DNA of 64,000 nucleotides from Cyclobacteriaceae bacterium (GCA_035318625.1 DATHEL010000002.1:316752-380751), one strand, 5' to 3'; shown: positions 17,206 through 27,209, counted from the first letter of the stretch. Notes: a model not told the origin generated them from the letters alone. Translations and numbers: made by a program.

Positions 17206-18530
17206 TGCACTACCAGGGTCTGTATTTGTTCCAGTGATTTCCCTTTGGTTTCGGGCATGATCTTCCAGGCAAACAGCAGTTGGATCACCGACACCCCGGC
17301 AAATACAGCGAAGGCATAGGCGCCACCAAGCTCCGACGATTGCACGACCACCGGGAATATCCATGAAATGATCCATGCCATAACCCAGTGCGTGAAACTG
17401 CCCAGCGTTTGCCCTTTCGACCTAACGCTGTTCGGAAAGATCTCCGAAATAAACACCCAGATCACCGCGCCTTGAGACATGGCGAAGGATGCGATAAACA
17501 TAATGAGGTATATCATCACCGAGTATCCTCCAAAGTCTTTTGTAAAGAATGCCCACGACACCAGAGCGAGCGAGATGATCATACCGAACGAACCGATGAT
17601 CAGAAGTGTCTTGCGGCCTATCTTGTCAATCACGGAGATCGCAAGAATGGTGAAGAGCATATTAGTAACGCCGATGGATACCGCCTGCAACAGAGCTCCG
17701 TCTTTCGCCAGTCCGGTCAATTCGAAGATACGCGGCGCGTAGTACATGACCGCGTTGATCCCCGCCAACTGGTTGAACATGGCAAGGGCCACTGCATAGA
17801 ATATCGGCGACGAATAAGCTTTGGAGAACAACCGATCCTGCTTGCCAGTCTCTGAGCTCAACGACAGTGAAACTTCGTTCATCGCACTTACCGGATCGGG
17901 TTCACCGATCTTTTTGAGAACGCCAAGCGCCTCTTCCTTACGTCCCTGCTTGATAAGCCACCGCGGGCTTTCGGGAACGAGGAAGACAAGTGAAAAATAC
18001 AGCGCCGCTGGAATGGCTTGCACCCCGAGCATCCATCGCCATGCTTCGTCACTGACACCAAACAACAAGTAATTTGAAACAAACGCGATCAATATCCCTG
18101 ACACAACATTGAATTGAAATAGTGCAACCAGCCGTCCTCGCGAAGCTGCCGGCGATATCTCCGAAATGTACATAGGTCCTACCACCGACGATGCACCTAC
18201 ACCAATGCCCCCCAGGAATCGGCAGAGTACAAAGATCTCCCACGTACTCGTGAGGGCCGTGGCCAAAGATGTAACCAGGTACAACAAGCCGATAGCCTGC
18301 AGCATTTTCTTCCGGCCGTACTTTTCGGCAGGCCGGCCCGCAATCAACGAACCGAGTATCGTTCCAAACAAAGCAGACGAAACGGTAAAGCCGTGCCATG
18401 TATCAGACAACGACCATAATTCCTGTATGGATCTTTCGACGCCGGAGATCACGGCGGTGTCGAAGCCGAAGAGAAAGCCGCCGAGCGCAGCGACGATAGA
18501 GTTACGAGTGGCAGTATTGGAGGTGTTCAT
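17202..18530 (-). CDS. MFS sugar porter (XylE/GalP-like)
   Basis: GGFLFGFDTAVISG, YGRK, YISEISP...RG, PESPRWL, NQLAGINAVMYYAP, PETKGKSLEQI. Confidence 0.96.
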   Translation of the reverse strand: MNTSNTATRNSIVAALGGFLFGFDTAVISGVERSIQELWSLSDTWHGFTVSSALFGTILGSLIAGRPAEKYGRKKMLQAIGLLYLVTSLATALTSTWEIFVLCRFLGGIGVGASSVVGPMYISEISPAASRGRLVALFQFNVVSGILIAFVSNYLLFGVSDEAWRWMLGVQAIPAALYFSLVFLVPESPRWLIKQGRKEEALGVLKKIGEPDPVSAMNEVSLSLSSETGKQDRLFSKAYSSPIFYAVALAMFNQLAGINAVMYYAPRIFELTGLAKDGALLQAVSIGVTNMLFTILAISVIDKIGRKTLLIIGSFGMIISLALVSWAFFTKDFGGYSVMIYLIMFIASFAMSQGAVIWVFISEIFPNSVRSKGQTLGSFTHWVMAWIISWIFPVVVQSSELGGAYAFAVFAGVSVIQLLFAWKIMPETKGKSLEQIQTLVVH

Positions 18531-18545
18531 AGGTTCAGTGCAATG

Positions 18546-18947
18546 TTACCTGTCGGATAACCTGTAGACAAACTTCAATCCCGACCATGTGTCATCCACA
18601 GCACATACCTTTACATCCACCAGGCCGTTCTTCAGCCCAAAGTCGCGAATGATGTTCTCGTCCAGGTCGGTCGCTATCTTCGCCGATCTCTTCGGCCACG
18701 AGATCCACATCATGCCGTCTTTCTTCAGTAGTTTCTTATTCGTCAGGAATTGTTTGGAGAAGGATTTAAACTCTTTTACGAAGACATGAATGAAGTCGAG
18801 GTCTTTGCCGCTCTTCAGGAATTTCGTCTCGGCAGGCAATGGACTGACCCAATCGAAGTACTTATCCGGCGAGTCGACCACAATGCATTTGAAGCCGTCT
18901 TTAAGACCGAGCTTCTTTCCGAGAGGCGTTTCAGAATATCCAGCCAT
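18546..18947 (-). CDS. DUF3052-like hypothetical protein
   Basis: MAGYSETPLGKKLG, WISWPK, GLVDVKVCAVD..WSGLKFV. Confidence 0.8.
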   Translation of the reverse strand: MAGYSETPLGKKLGLKDGFKCIVVDSPDKYFDWVSPLPAETKFLKSGKDLDFIHVFVKEFKSFSKQFLTNKKLLKKDGMMWISWPKRSAKIATDLDENIIRDFGLKNGLVDVKVCAVDDTWSGLKFVYRLSDR

Positions 18948-18948
18948 A

Positions 18949-20403
18949 CTACTCGAGCTTGCCGGGAGGCAAATACTTCCTGCTTGCATCGTCGATCACA
19001 AGCACCCAGTCTTTCCCTTCTTTTGGCGGCGTAAAAGTTCGCTGGCCCGACTTTGCATCCGGAGCTGGGATCACCTTACCCGTTTCCGGGCTGTACCAAT
19101 AAACCTTTTTGGTGCTGCCGCTGATCCTCGACACATCGACCGTTACGGGTTCGTTGTTGGGAAGATATATGAATGCATAGGTGTTATTCGCATCCCGCGT
19201 CGCCATCAACAGGTCCTTGTAATCGGTACCGGCCTTCGACAGGATGATCGTCTGGTCGGGTATCCGTACGAAATACGGCCGCGAAAGCATCAGGTCTTTC
19301 AGGTATTTCATCTGCGTAGCCGCTGCTGCCTCCGAAGCCTTTTGCCATGTGATGATAGTATCACCGGTATTGATCGGTTGATAAAGCTCTTTGTTCATAA
19401 ACTGCCAGATGTGATGATGACCGTACGTAACTCCGCATCCGCCGGCAAACACGCTCCGGTAGATCCGTGCTCTGACGTCGTAGGCGCTGAAGTAACCGCG
19501 TTCTGCCCGTGTCCACTTACCGTCCCACGGGTTCACCGGATGGTCTTCGTAAGCAGGTTCCATATCGAGAACGGGTTTCATCGGTTTCAGAGAGAGGTCT
19601 TTCGTTACCAGCGCCCACGCCTCAGCATCCCTCGATCCATGCCCCGACTGAAATGCATTCATATCGAGCCATTCATCTTCATGAATGTTATCCGAAGATG
19701 AGTGTGCTCCGTACGGGTGATAGGTGATGAACGCATCTTTGCCCAATACCTCTTCGATCGCCTTGGCCATGCCCCGCCATACCGGGCGGTCGTCGAACTG
19801 AACATCTTCGTTGTTGAGCTTCGCCGTATACACCGCAGGCCGGTCGCCGCCAAGTATCCAAATGATGCTGTTCTTCTTGTCTTTGTACCGGGTGGCTATC
19901 GTGCGGGCGTAAACTCCGGCGTTCTGCTCATTGAAAACGATCGGACCTTCTCCCCACATGTGAGCTACTTTGTCGCCCCACGTCGGTAGCAATCCAACGT
20001 ACATTCCCTTTTCTATGATCTTATTGATGACGTAATCGACATGATCCCAGTAGTCGTATTCATAGGGGTTCTTGGGATCGCTGCCGGGTGTGGTAGCAAG
20101 CTGGGTGGGGTCTTCATTATTCAGGGGCCAGTCGCCGTAGCGGTTGGCCTGACGAAGCCCATTGAATTCGGCGAGGGCAACGGCCTGGATAACATTGAAG
20201 CCCTGTTTGCGGCGCGTTTCGAGAAACTCATCGGCTTCTTCGCGGGTCATCCGGTGAAAAAGCTCCCAGTCGGTATCGCCCAGCCAGAAGAAGGGCCTCC
20301 CCGATTGATCGGCAAGGAACCGGTGGTTGTCACTGACGCGGATTTGTGCAACACCGGAGAGAAAGGCCAACAGAAGACAGAAAATAAATGTGATTCGCTT
20401 CAT
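18949..20403 (-). CDS. Secreted GH140/apiosidase-like glycoside hydrolase (DUF4038 plus C-terminal beta domain)
   Basis: Signal peptide ending VA|Q; PFFWLGDTDW, GFNVIQAV, WILGGD, QSGH, DMEPAYEDHP, GVTYG. Confidence 0.85.
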   Translation of the reverse strand: MKRITFIFCLLLAFLSGVAQIRVSDNHRFLADQSGRPFFWLGDTDWELFHRMTREEADEFLETRRKQGFNVIQAVALAEFNGLRQANRYGDWPLNNEDPTQLATTPGSDPKNPYEYDYWDHVDYVINKIIEKGMYVGLLPTWGDKVAHMWGEGPIVFNEQNAGVYARTIATRYKDKKNSIIWILGGDRPAVYTAKLNNEDVQFDDRPVWRGMAKAIEEVLGKDAFITYHPYGAHSSSDNIHEDEWLDMNAFQSGHGSRDAEAWALVTKDLSLKPMKPVLDMEPAYEDHPVNPWDGKWTRAERGYFSAYDVRARIYRSVFAGGCGVTYGHHHIWQFMNKELYQPINTGDTIITWQKASEAAAATQMKYLKDLMLSRPYFVRIPDQTIILSKAGTDYKDLLMATRDANNTYAFIYLPNNEPVTVDVSRISGSTKKVYWYSPETGKVIPAPDAKSGQRTFTPPKEGKDWVLVIDDASRKYLPPGKLE

Positions 20404-20420
20404 CAGCACAATATATAAAA

Positions 20421-20447
20421 CAAATGCCACCCGGTGGGTGGCATTTG
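20421..20447 (-). terminator. Intrinsic terminator after the lipoprotein gene
   Basis: Perfect 12-bp stem caaatgccaccc/gggtggcatttg followed on the minus strand by TTTTATAT. Confidence 0.75.
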
Positions 20448-20470
20448 ACGGTTAGATCATCGGATGGATA

Positions 20471-21037
20471 TCAGTTCTTGTTCATTTTATCCATTTCGGC
20501 ATCGAAAGTCTGCTTGAACTTTTCGTAGTCGTAATCGATTTTCAGACGTTCGTCCTTCGAAAGGCGCTCGTTGTATTTCGATATCAGGTCGGCTGCTGAA
20601 AGCTCGATAGCCACGTAGGTCTTGTAGTTACCTTCTTTTGTCTGTACAAGCTTTTCGCATTTTGTTACGATACCCGCCAATGTTTGATCAACAACTTCCC
20701 TGTTAAGGCTTTCGAAACGTTGTTCGAGTTCTTCTTTGTTGTTCATGCTGCGTGAGTTCACGTAGTTATCCGTTACGGTCTTAACCGTAGTATTGATAGC
20801 TTGTGCAAGCTCGTTGCGTGCATTGGTCAGAGCCTTCTTCTTCGAAGTCACCTGGTCCATGCTTTCGCCGATGGAGTTGGCACGGAATGCATCCTTGGTG
20901 GTGAAGTATTCAGAGCCTGAGCAGGGAACGATTACTTCAGTTTCCCCCTGGGGCATCTTTTCCTTGCTCTTACAGCCTTCGATAGCTACGGCTGCAGCAA
21001 TTACCAGGATAAACGAGAGGTTGGTTAACTTTTTCAT
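20471..21037 (-). CDS. LPP20-like lipoprotein
   Basis: MKKL start, hydrophobic core and lipobox AIEGC; A(K/R)..A..NAR.ELA pattern typical of LPP20-type domains. Confidence 0.7.
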   Translation of the reverse strand: MKKLTNLSFILVIAAAVAIEGCKSKEKMPQGETEVIVPCSGSEYFTTKDAFRANSIGESMDQVTSKKKALTNARNELAQAINTTVKTVTDNYVNSRSMNNKEELEQRFESLNREVVDQTLAGIVTKCEKLVQTKEGNYKTYVAIELSAADLISKYNERLSKDERLKIDYDYEKFKQTFDAEMDKMNKN

Positions 21038-21140
21038 ATTCAACAATTGAGATTTGGTGTGCAATTTAACTGAATGCAATTAATAGGCCATGGTTAAAAT
21101 TCTACGATATAGGCTCTGTTGCTGCATTTTTCATGTCTTT

Positions 21141-22520
21141 CTACTGCAATATCGCATTGAGCAATTCAGGTAGCTTCTCTTTCTCCAGTGCGTCTATCGA
21201 CTTGTTATAAGCTTCCTGACTCGACCTTTCATAATCCAGGCTATAACCCTTCACACGGTCGATGGTCGTGGCATAGATCTCTTTGTTGTCTTTGGTGGTC
21301 GCTACCTTAATAATAGCAGTCACATAGGTGATGTAAATGCTTCCGGAGGCAGATCCTTTTTCAGAGTCGGCCTTTATGTCGATGCAAAGCTCCGACAGGT
21401 TCTTGTCTTCAGTAAATTCGAAGCCGGCTGTCGCCAGGTAGTTCTTGATCTTGTTGGTGACTTGCTTGCTTGACTTGTCCATACCCAGGCTTTTCTCCTG
21501 AGCGGTCAGGTAAACCAGGGGGCGCTGAACTTTCATGATAACGTTCGCGGTGGGAACAACCATCTTCTGTGCAACGAGGGTATAGATATCCGAAGCGTTC
21601 TGACCGGCGAAGGCAAGCACGTCGACCTTTACAGCGAGCGATTGTTCAAGGTCGCGGGAGGTGATCTTGGTAAGCAGTATCTTCGCATGGCCCGACGCGT
21701 CCGTTTTGTATTGTGGGAATACGTCGCCGGAGCCTTTCTCAAACATTGCCATGAGCGGAAGATCGGTGATCGTCTTACCTGAGCTTTTATAAGCTGCTTT
21801 AGTAGTGATGGGCTGACCGTTCTGTGTAACACGGCGGTTAAGCTCAAGTGATGTCGGTGAATTGGTCAGTGTAATGTTGTCGAGTGACTGTTGGATGCTG
21901 GCGATGATCTCGTTGGTCAGCAGTATTTCCTTTCCTTCGAATTCGAGACGGATCGGTTCGCCGAGGTATTTTTCGATCGCATGAAAACCCTGGAAGTAAA
22001 ATCCGAGTGACTCGACTGTTGAGCCAGCCCGCTCCGACTGTTTTGCTTTGGTGAAGAAATCCAGGGCACGGGAAACAGCATCGCGTTTCTGCTGTTCCTT
22101 TATTTCGTGATAGCGTTGCTTTGAAAGACGATAGTAGAGCCAGTAGTTTCGGTCGTCTTCCCATGAATCCACCTGCTCGAATTCCTCGAGCTCGTCGGCG
22201 GCGGTGGTCTGAATGATCTGTTCGTATCTCTCTGAAAATTCCTTGTTTACATCGAGCTGGCTCAGCACGCTCGTGGACGAGACGTTGACCTTGATCTCGG
22301 AGATCAGGTCTTCCAGGGCGCTCTTTTTTGCACTCTGGATATAGTTGTTGGTGCCGTCTTTAGGGCTGTGACCGATGCCAACGTAGTAGGAGCTCTCGGA
22401 GGGCTTGGCCGATAGCCAGGCAGGCTTGGCGTTCTGAAGATCGGTTTTTGAAGATGTCGGCACGGACGCGGGACCGCAGGCCACACAAAGGAGCAATAGA
22501 AGGATTGAGAGGGGCTTCAC
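21141..22520 (-). CDS. LPP20 family lipoprotein with C-terminal alpha/beta domain
   Basis: Lipobox CVAC; KPAWL...YYVGIG...AKKSALEDLISEIKVNVSS. GTG start. Confidence 0.75.
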   Translation of the reverse strand: MKPLSILLLLLCVACGPASVPTSSKTDLQNAKPAWLSAKPSESSYYVGIGHSPKDGTNNYIQSAKKSALEDLISEIKVNVSSTSVLSQLDVNKEFSERYEQIIQTTAADELEEFEQVDSWEDDRNYWLYYRLSKQRYHEIKEQQKRDAVSRALDFFTKAKQSERAGSTVESLGFYFQGFHAIEKYLGEPIRLEFEGKEILLTNEIIASIQQSLDNITLTNSPTSLELNRRVTQNGQPITTKAAYKSSGKTITDLPLMAMFEKGSGDVFPQYKTDASGHAKILLTKITSRDLEQSLAVKVDVLAFAGQNASDIYTLVAQKMVVPTANVIMKVQRPLVYLTAQEKSLGMDKSSKQVTNKIKNYLATAGFEFTEDKNLSELCIDIKADSEKGSASGSIYITYVTAIIKVATTKDNKEIYATTIDRVKGYSLDYERSSQEAYNKSIDALEKEKLPELLNAILQ

Positions 22521-22642
22521 AGACTAAATATATCTACAAACCGTTTCAAATATACGCCACTTTCATGCCAAATGCATGGTTTTCCTACATCGGTGGCCGG
22601 CAGCCGTTTTTTTGCTAATTTTAGCCTGAATGTGAAGGGATT

Positions 22643-23149
22643 ATGAAAGGTATAGCATCAATTTTCTTCGTAGCTATTTTGATAAGCTGCCAGGAACCAG
22701 AAGCCGTTTCAGAGTTCACCGGGAATGAGATCACGTATGAGCTGGTGGCGGGCTCGGAGTACAACGTGAACGGAACGATCTCCTTCAAGGAGCGTGTTGA
22801 CGGATTTACGAACGTAATAATTCAGCTTAAAGGAACAGACGGTAAGGCGCAACATCCCGTGCATCTTCACCTGGGAACCATCTCCACACCGAAGGCCGAT
22901 GTAGCAGCATTGCTGTCGCCGGTGAGCGCGGCTACCGGTAAAAGCGAAACATTGCTTGACAAGCTTGCCGACGATACGCCAATCTTGTATCGGGACATTT
23001 CCAATCTCGAAGCATGTATTAAGATCCACCTGGCCGACTCAGGCGCAGGCCGCGATGTGATACTTGCCGGCGGGAACATCGGTGAGTCGTACGTGAAAGC
23101 CTTGTCCGATGGGCGGTCTGCAGGATTCGCGGTCTGCAAGAGCAAGTAA
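22643..23149 (+). CDS. CHRD-like lipoprotein
   Basis: Lipobox LISC; HPVHLHLG, KIHL and GGNIG motifs. Confidence 0.6.
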   Translation: MKGIASIFFVAILISCQEPEAVSEFTGNEITYELVAGSEYNVNGTISFKERVDGFTNVIIQLKGTDGKAQHPVHLHLGTISTPKADVAALLSPVSAATGKSETLLDKLADDTPILYRDISNLEACIKIHLADSGAGRDVILAGGNIGESYVKALSDGRSAGFAVCKSK

Positions 23150-23152
23150 TCA

Positions 23153-24289
23153 CTAGAATCGATACAATACTCCGGCAGTTATCCCTGTCCTGTAAGGGTT
23201 TAACCTGAAAGGCTCAGTCATTTTTTCTTTCGAGATGAATGCGTAGATGAATGTGGGTTCAATGAACCACTTGAAGTGCTCGTTGATCCTGACCTCATTC
23301 CGGTAGAAAAGCTGGTACGCGAGATAACCCGACCGGCTGTTGTTGTATGAGCCCTCTTCCTTCGCGAAGCCCTGGCTGAACAACAGGCCGGCGCCCACCT
23401 TGTGCTTCAGTTTGTCCCCTTTCAATGTTATCAGTAATCCCGAACGCACACCGATGTTTGTCATCGAGTAAGCGAATGTTTTTGTGTGCTGTGATCGGGT
23501 GATCTCAAATGTCCATGGATCTCCGACCCGTTCGACGTCAGCGTCCTTGTCGTAGTAAAAGTAAGTAAGCTGTTGGCGTTGGCGATAAAATGAAACACCT
23601 CCGTAAAACCCAAGAATGTGATTGATGTCGCGCTGGAACCCGCCATCAACTCCTAATCCAAAGCGTGCCATGGACAACGGCGAGCGGTGCGCGAAGCCCT
23701 GTACGATCATCGCGTCGTTGCTGTCGGGAATCATTTTTTGGAATGACAACGAAGGGGTGACTGCCAGGTAGAATTCAAATTTACTTTTTGGTTTTTTATA
23801 AGGGGGCGTGATGGTTGCAATGACGTCTTCAATGATGATATTCCTGGAAGAGTCCGGTTGCTGTTCTTGTTGCTGCTGTTCCGGTTGTTGCTGGACGGCA
23901 GCCGGCGGCGAAGGGGCATCCGTATCGATTCCTGCAATTGTAATTTCAGAAAAACTTTGCTTTGTTGACTGTTTCTTAAATACAGGCGGTATCAAAGCTC
24001 TGTTCTCGTTTTCAATAACTTCCGGCGTTCCCTCGACTGCCGGCCTGGCCTCTTGTTCTACCAACACCTGTTTCTCGACAAACACGACCTGTTTTGTTCC
24101 CAAACCAAAAAAAAGCATCACGGCCATCCCCAATAAGGAAATCCCTTCAACCCAAACCGGCCACATTCTTTCCTTTGCTCCCGGCACAGCGGCGATCCTC
24201 CGCCACACTTCCTTCGAAGGAGCCTCTTCGTAACGACCCAGTCGTTCACGAACGGAGGCGAACATGTCATCCTCGTGCAAGTCTTTCAT
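23153..24289 (-). CDS. Predicted anti-sigma factor fused to an outer-membrane beta-barrel domain
   Basis: N-terminal RERLGRYEEAPSKEVWRRI, one TM segment, Pro/Gln-rich linker, amphipathic beta strands ending GVLYRF; overlaps the ECF gene end. Confidence 0.7.
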   Translation of the reverse strand: MKDLHEDDMFASVRERLGRYEEAPSKEVWRRIAAVPGAKERMWPVWVEGISLLGMAVMLFFGLGTKQVVFVEKQVLVEQEARPAVEGTPEVIENENRALIPPVFKKQSTKQSFSEITIAGIDTDAPSPPAAVQQQPEQQQQEQQPDSSRNIIIEDVIATITPPYKKPKSKFEFYLAVTPSLSFQKMIPDSNDAMIVQGFAHRSPLSMARFGLGVDGGFQRDINHILGFYGGVSFYRQRQQLTYFYYDKDADVERVGDPWTFEITRSQHTKTFAYSMTNIGVRSGLLITLKGDKLKHKVGAGLLFSQGFAKEEGSYNNSRSGYLAYQLFYRNEVRINEHFKWFIEPTFIYAFISKEKMTEPFRLNPYRTGITAGVLYRF

Positions 24290-24827
24290 AGTAGTTTGGG
24301 CGTTCGGTGCCCCTCAATTTTTCTTTCAACAATGATTTTGCATAGTGCAGTTGTGATCTCGATGTGCTCTCGGTGATATCCATGATCGCCGCTATCTCGG
24401 TATGAGAATATCCTTCGACCTCGAACAGGTTGAACACCATCCTGCACTTACCGGGAAGGTTATTGATCAGGTTAACCAGATACTCATCCGACGCCTTATC
24501 GATCGAAACAGCTGCGACGCTTAGTACGGTGGCGTCGCCAGGCTCGTAGAGATGTTTCTCCTTTTTGCTTTTATGATAATGATCGATGGCAGTTCGTACT
24601 GCCACCGATTTCATCCACCCCTCTGTTTTGTCGGCAGAGGCTACCTGGTGGAACTTTGCGAATATCTTAATAAATGTTTCTTGCAGGACATCTTCGGCTT
24701 CTTCACGAGTGTGGGTGTATCTGCGGCATAAGCCCATTAACCGGTTTTTGAAAAGTTCGTACAGCTCCCGTTGAGCTTTCGGCTCACCATTTTTACACCG
24801 TTCGTAAAGGCTTTGTAGCTCTGGCAT
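24267..24827 (-). CDS. ECF sigma-70 family factor
   Basis: AQRELYE, AEDVLQETFIKIF, W...VAVRTAID, LPGKCRMVFNL...EGYSH.EIA..M.I.ESTSRSQL. Confidence 0.95.
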   Translation of the reverse strand: MPELQSLYERCKNGEPKAQRELYELFKNRLMGLCRRYTHTREEAEDVLQETFIKIFAKFHQVASADKTEGWMKSVAVRTAIDHYHKSKKEKHLYEPGDATVLSVAAVSIDKASDEYLVNLINNLPGKCRMVFNLFEVEGYSHTEIAAIMDITESTSRSQLHYAKSLLKEKLRGTERPNYYERLARG

Positions 24828-24833
24828 GCGACG

Positions 24834-25796
24834 TTACTGCCGCTTTATGATCACTCTTGCCGTAGTACAACCACCCGGTCCACATATCTGGTATCGCAGC
24901 GTGTCGTCGCGGGTTTCCGCCCGTAGATGACGGTACCCAATTCTCCTCATGTCGAAATCGACCCACGCATTTCCATGACGTGGCTGCACAGCGACTCTGA
25001 CATCGAGCGTGTCGCATACAGAATCGTTCGCTAATACTGCCATGATGATCGCTGTAGTGTCAGTCTTCAACTTGAAGAACAGGTCGTCGACGGCAACCGG
25101 GCGGCAGCCGGGATGAGCAACGGTGTCCGGTCCGGGGCCAGGTGTAGAAACAGTATCGGTTCCGAATATCCGCACCATGCCGTAACCCGCTGGTATAGAA
25201 GGATCGGCCGTGACGGCTTTGTACAAAAAGTTATCGCGGCCCGTGAATGACGGACCGGGCACATACTTGATCTTGTTGCCGACAACGGAAGCCGTGCCGT
25301 GCTCGGGAGCAACATTCACGGTAACGGTGAGCGAGGCGGAGCATGCGTAGTCATTCACCAGCACATCCACAGAAACCGGACCGGCGACATTCCAGGCCGT
25401 GTCATTGCGGCTATACACGTAGTTACATGGAAGATTGGTGGTGTCGGAAGGGATTATGATCCCGATGGAATCTTCACCAAGCACCTTATTCTCGTCAGAA
25501 AACACCCTGAACCGGAACGAATCGTTGGAAGAGCTTCCCGGGAAAGGAGAATACCGCAATAAGCCTTTGCCCAGGTCATTCAGCTTACCGTTACGTGTCG
25601 AGCCTGTTATTTCCACCCGGATCTTGCCGGGCGAGATGATCCTCGATGCGAGGTCGATATAGCCGTCGCCTCCGGGTAAGAAATAGGCCGGGTCGTTATT
25701 GATGGACAGCATTTGCCCATCCGCGTCCTGTTCCATCGTGTCGCAGCCCGCACCCAATATCAGGGCGAGGCTGATCACCGCGTGTCTCAATTTCAT
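24834..25796 (-). CDS. Lipoprotein with Ig-like (Big_9/cadherin-like) repeats
   Basis: Lipobox GAGC; repeats with ND/DD...VLxND and P.HG.A.V...I.Y.P...F.G.D.F.Y pattern; paired cysteines. Confidence 0.75.
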   Translation of the reverse strand: MKLRHAVISLALILGAGCDTMEQDADGQMLSINNDPAYFLPGGDGYIDLASRIISPGKIRVEITGSTRNGKLNDLGKGLLRYSPFPGSSSNDSFRFRVFSDENKVLGEDSIGIIIPSDTTNLPCNYVYSRNDTAWNVAGPVSVDVLVNDYACSASLTVTVNVAPEHGTASVVGNKIKYVPGPSFTGRDNFLYKAVTADPSIPAGYGMVRIFGTDTVSTPGPGPDTVAHPGCRPVAVDDLFFKLKTDTTAIIMAVLANDSVCDTLDVRVAVQPRHGNAWVDFDMRRIGYRHLRAETRDDTLRYQICGPGGCTTARVIIKRQ

Positions 25797-25852
25797 CGGT
25801 TCAGTGTGTTTGAAGGTAAGACGGCGTCCCGGAATAGAACGCTGGAAGGCAC

Positions 25853-25881
25853 AAAAAAAAGACCGGCATAGACCGGTCTTT
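25853..25881 (-). terminator. Intrinsic terminator after ahcY
   Basis: aaagaccgg-cataga-ccggtcttt stem-loop with a T-tract on the minus strand. Confidence 0.8.
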
Positions 25882-25904
25882 CTTCCTTTAATTCCTGATT
25901 TGTC

Positions 25905-27209
25905 TTAGTAACGATAATAATCGGGTTTGAACGGTCCGCCGACCTCCACGCCGATGTACTTTGCCTGCTCGCCTGAGAGTTCTTCCAGCTCTACACCGAT
26001 CTTCTTGAGGTGGAGGCGGGCTACTTTCTCATCGAGGTGCTTGGGCAGCATGTATACTTTGTTCTCGTATTTGTCCGTGTTGGTCCAGAGCTCTAGCTGA
26101 GCGAGGGTCTGGTTGGTGAACGAGTTCGACATTACGAATGAAGGGTGACCTGTAGCGCAGCCGAGGTTCACAAGACGGCCTTCTGCAAGAAGGATCACCT
26201 GGCGGCCGTTCTTCAGCGTGTAAAGATCCACCTGGGGCTTCACTTCATCTTTTGTAGCGTTCTTGTTCAGCCATGCCACATCGATCTCGTTGTCGAAGTG
26301 ACCGATGTTACAAACGATGGCCTTGTCTTTCATGGACTCGAAGTGACGACCAAGCACGATACCAAAGTTACCGGTAGCGGTTACTATAATGTCAGCTTGC
26401 TTCACGGCGTCATCCATTTTCTTTACGGCAAAACCATCCATAGCGGCCTGAAGGGCGCAGATTGGGTCGATCTCGGTAACGATCACACGCGCACCGGCTC
26501 CACGGAGCGATGCAGCAGAGCCTTTACCAACGTCACCATAACCGGCAACGACGGCAACTTTCCCGGCCATCATAACATCAGTAGCACGGCGAATGGCGTC
26601 CACGAGGGATTCCTTACAGCCATACTTGTTGTCGAATTTCGATTTGGTAACGGAGTCGTTGATGTTGATCGCAGGCAACGGCAGCTTGCCGTTGTTCATG
26701 CGTTCGATAAGGCGATGAACGCCGGTCGTAGTTTCTTCGGAGATACCTTTAACGCCTTTAACGAGCTCAGGGAAGCGATCGAGCACCATGTTGGTGAGGT
26801 CACCGCCGTCGTCGAGGATCATATTAAGTGGTTTACCATCCTTGAACGCGTAGAGCGTTTGTTCGATACACCAGTCAAATTCCTTTTCATTCATACCCTT
26901 CCATGCGAACACGGGAACACCGGCGGCGGCGATTGCGGCTGCTGCGTGATCCTGTGTCGAGAAGATATTGCAAGATGACCATGACACTTCTGCACCGAGC
27001 TCTATCAGAGTTTCGATGAGCACAGCGGTTTGGATGGTCATGTGAAGGCAGCCGGCGATGCGAGCGCCCTTCAAAGGCTTCTGTTTGCCAAATTCCTCAC
27101 GGATTGCCATCAGGCCAGGCATCTCGGCTTCTGCCAGCCTGATCTCCTTACGGCCCCATGTTCCAAGGGCGATATCTTTGACTTTGTACTTCAGCGTATC
27201 GGTTATCAT
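25905..27209 (-). CDS. ahcY: S-adenosylhomocysteine hydrolase
   Basis: [60 protein letters not shown]. Confidence 0.99.
   Translation of the reverse strand: MITDTLKYKVKDIALGTWGRKEIRLAEAEMPGLMAIREEFGKQKPLKGARIAGCLHMTIQTAVLIETLIELGAEVSWSSCNIFSTQDHAAAAIAAAGVPVFAWKGMNEKEFDWCIEQTLYAFKDGKPLNMILDDGGDLTNMVLDRFPELVKGVKGISEETTTGVHRLIERMNNGKLPLPAININDSVTKSKFDNKYGCKESLVDAIRRATDVMMAGKVAVVAGYGDVGKGSAASLRGAGARVIVTEIDPICALQAAMDGFAVKKMDDAVKQADIIVTATGNFGIVLGRHFESMKDKAIVCNIGHFDNEIDVAWLNKNATKDEVKPQVDLYTLKNGRQVILLAEGRLVNLGCATGHPSFVMSNSFTNQTLAQLELWTNTDKYENKVYMLPKHLDEKVARLHLKKIGVELEELSGEQAKYIGVEVGGPFKPDYYRY

Noticed and set aside
18790-19701. 303-aa plus-strand ORF
   Set aside because: It is antisense to the GH140-like and DUF3052-like genes and has no family features.
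26145-26978. 277-aa plus-strand ORF
   Set aside because: It is antisense to ahcY; a shadow ORF.
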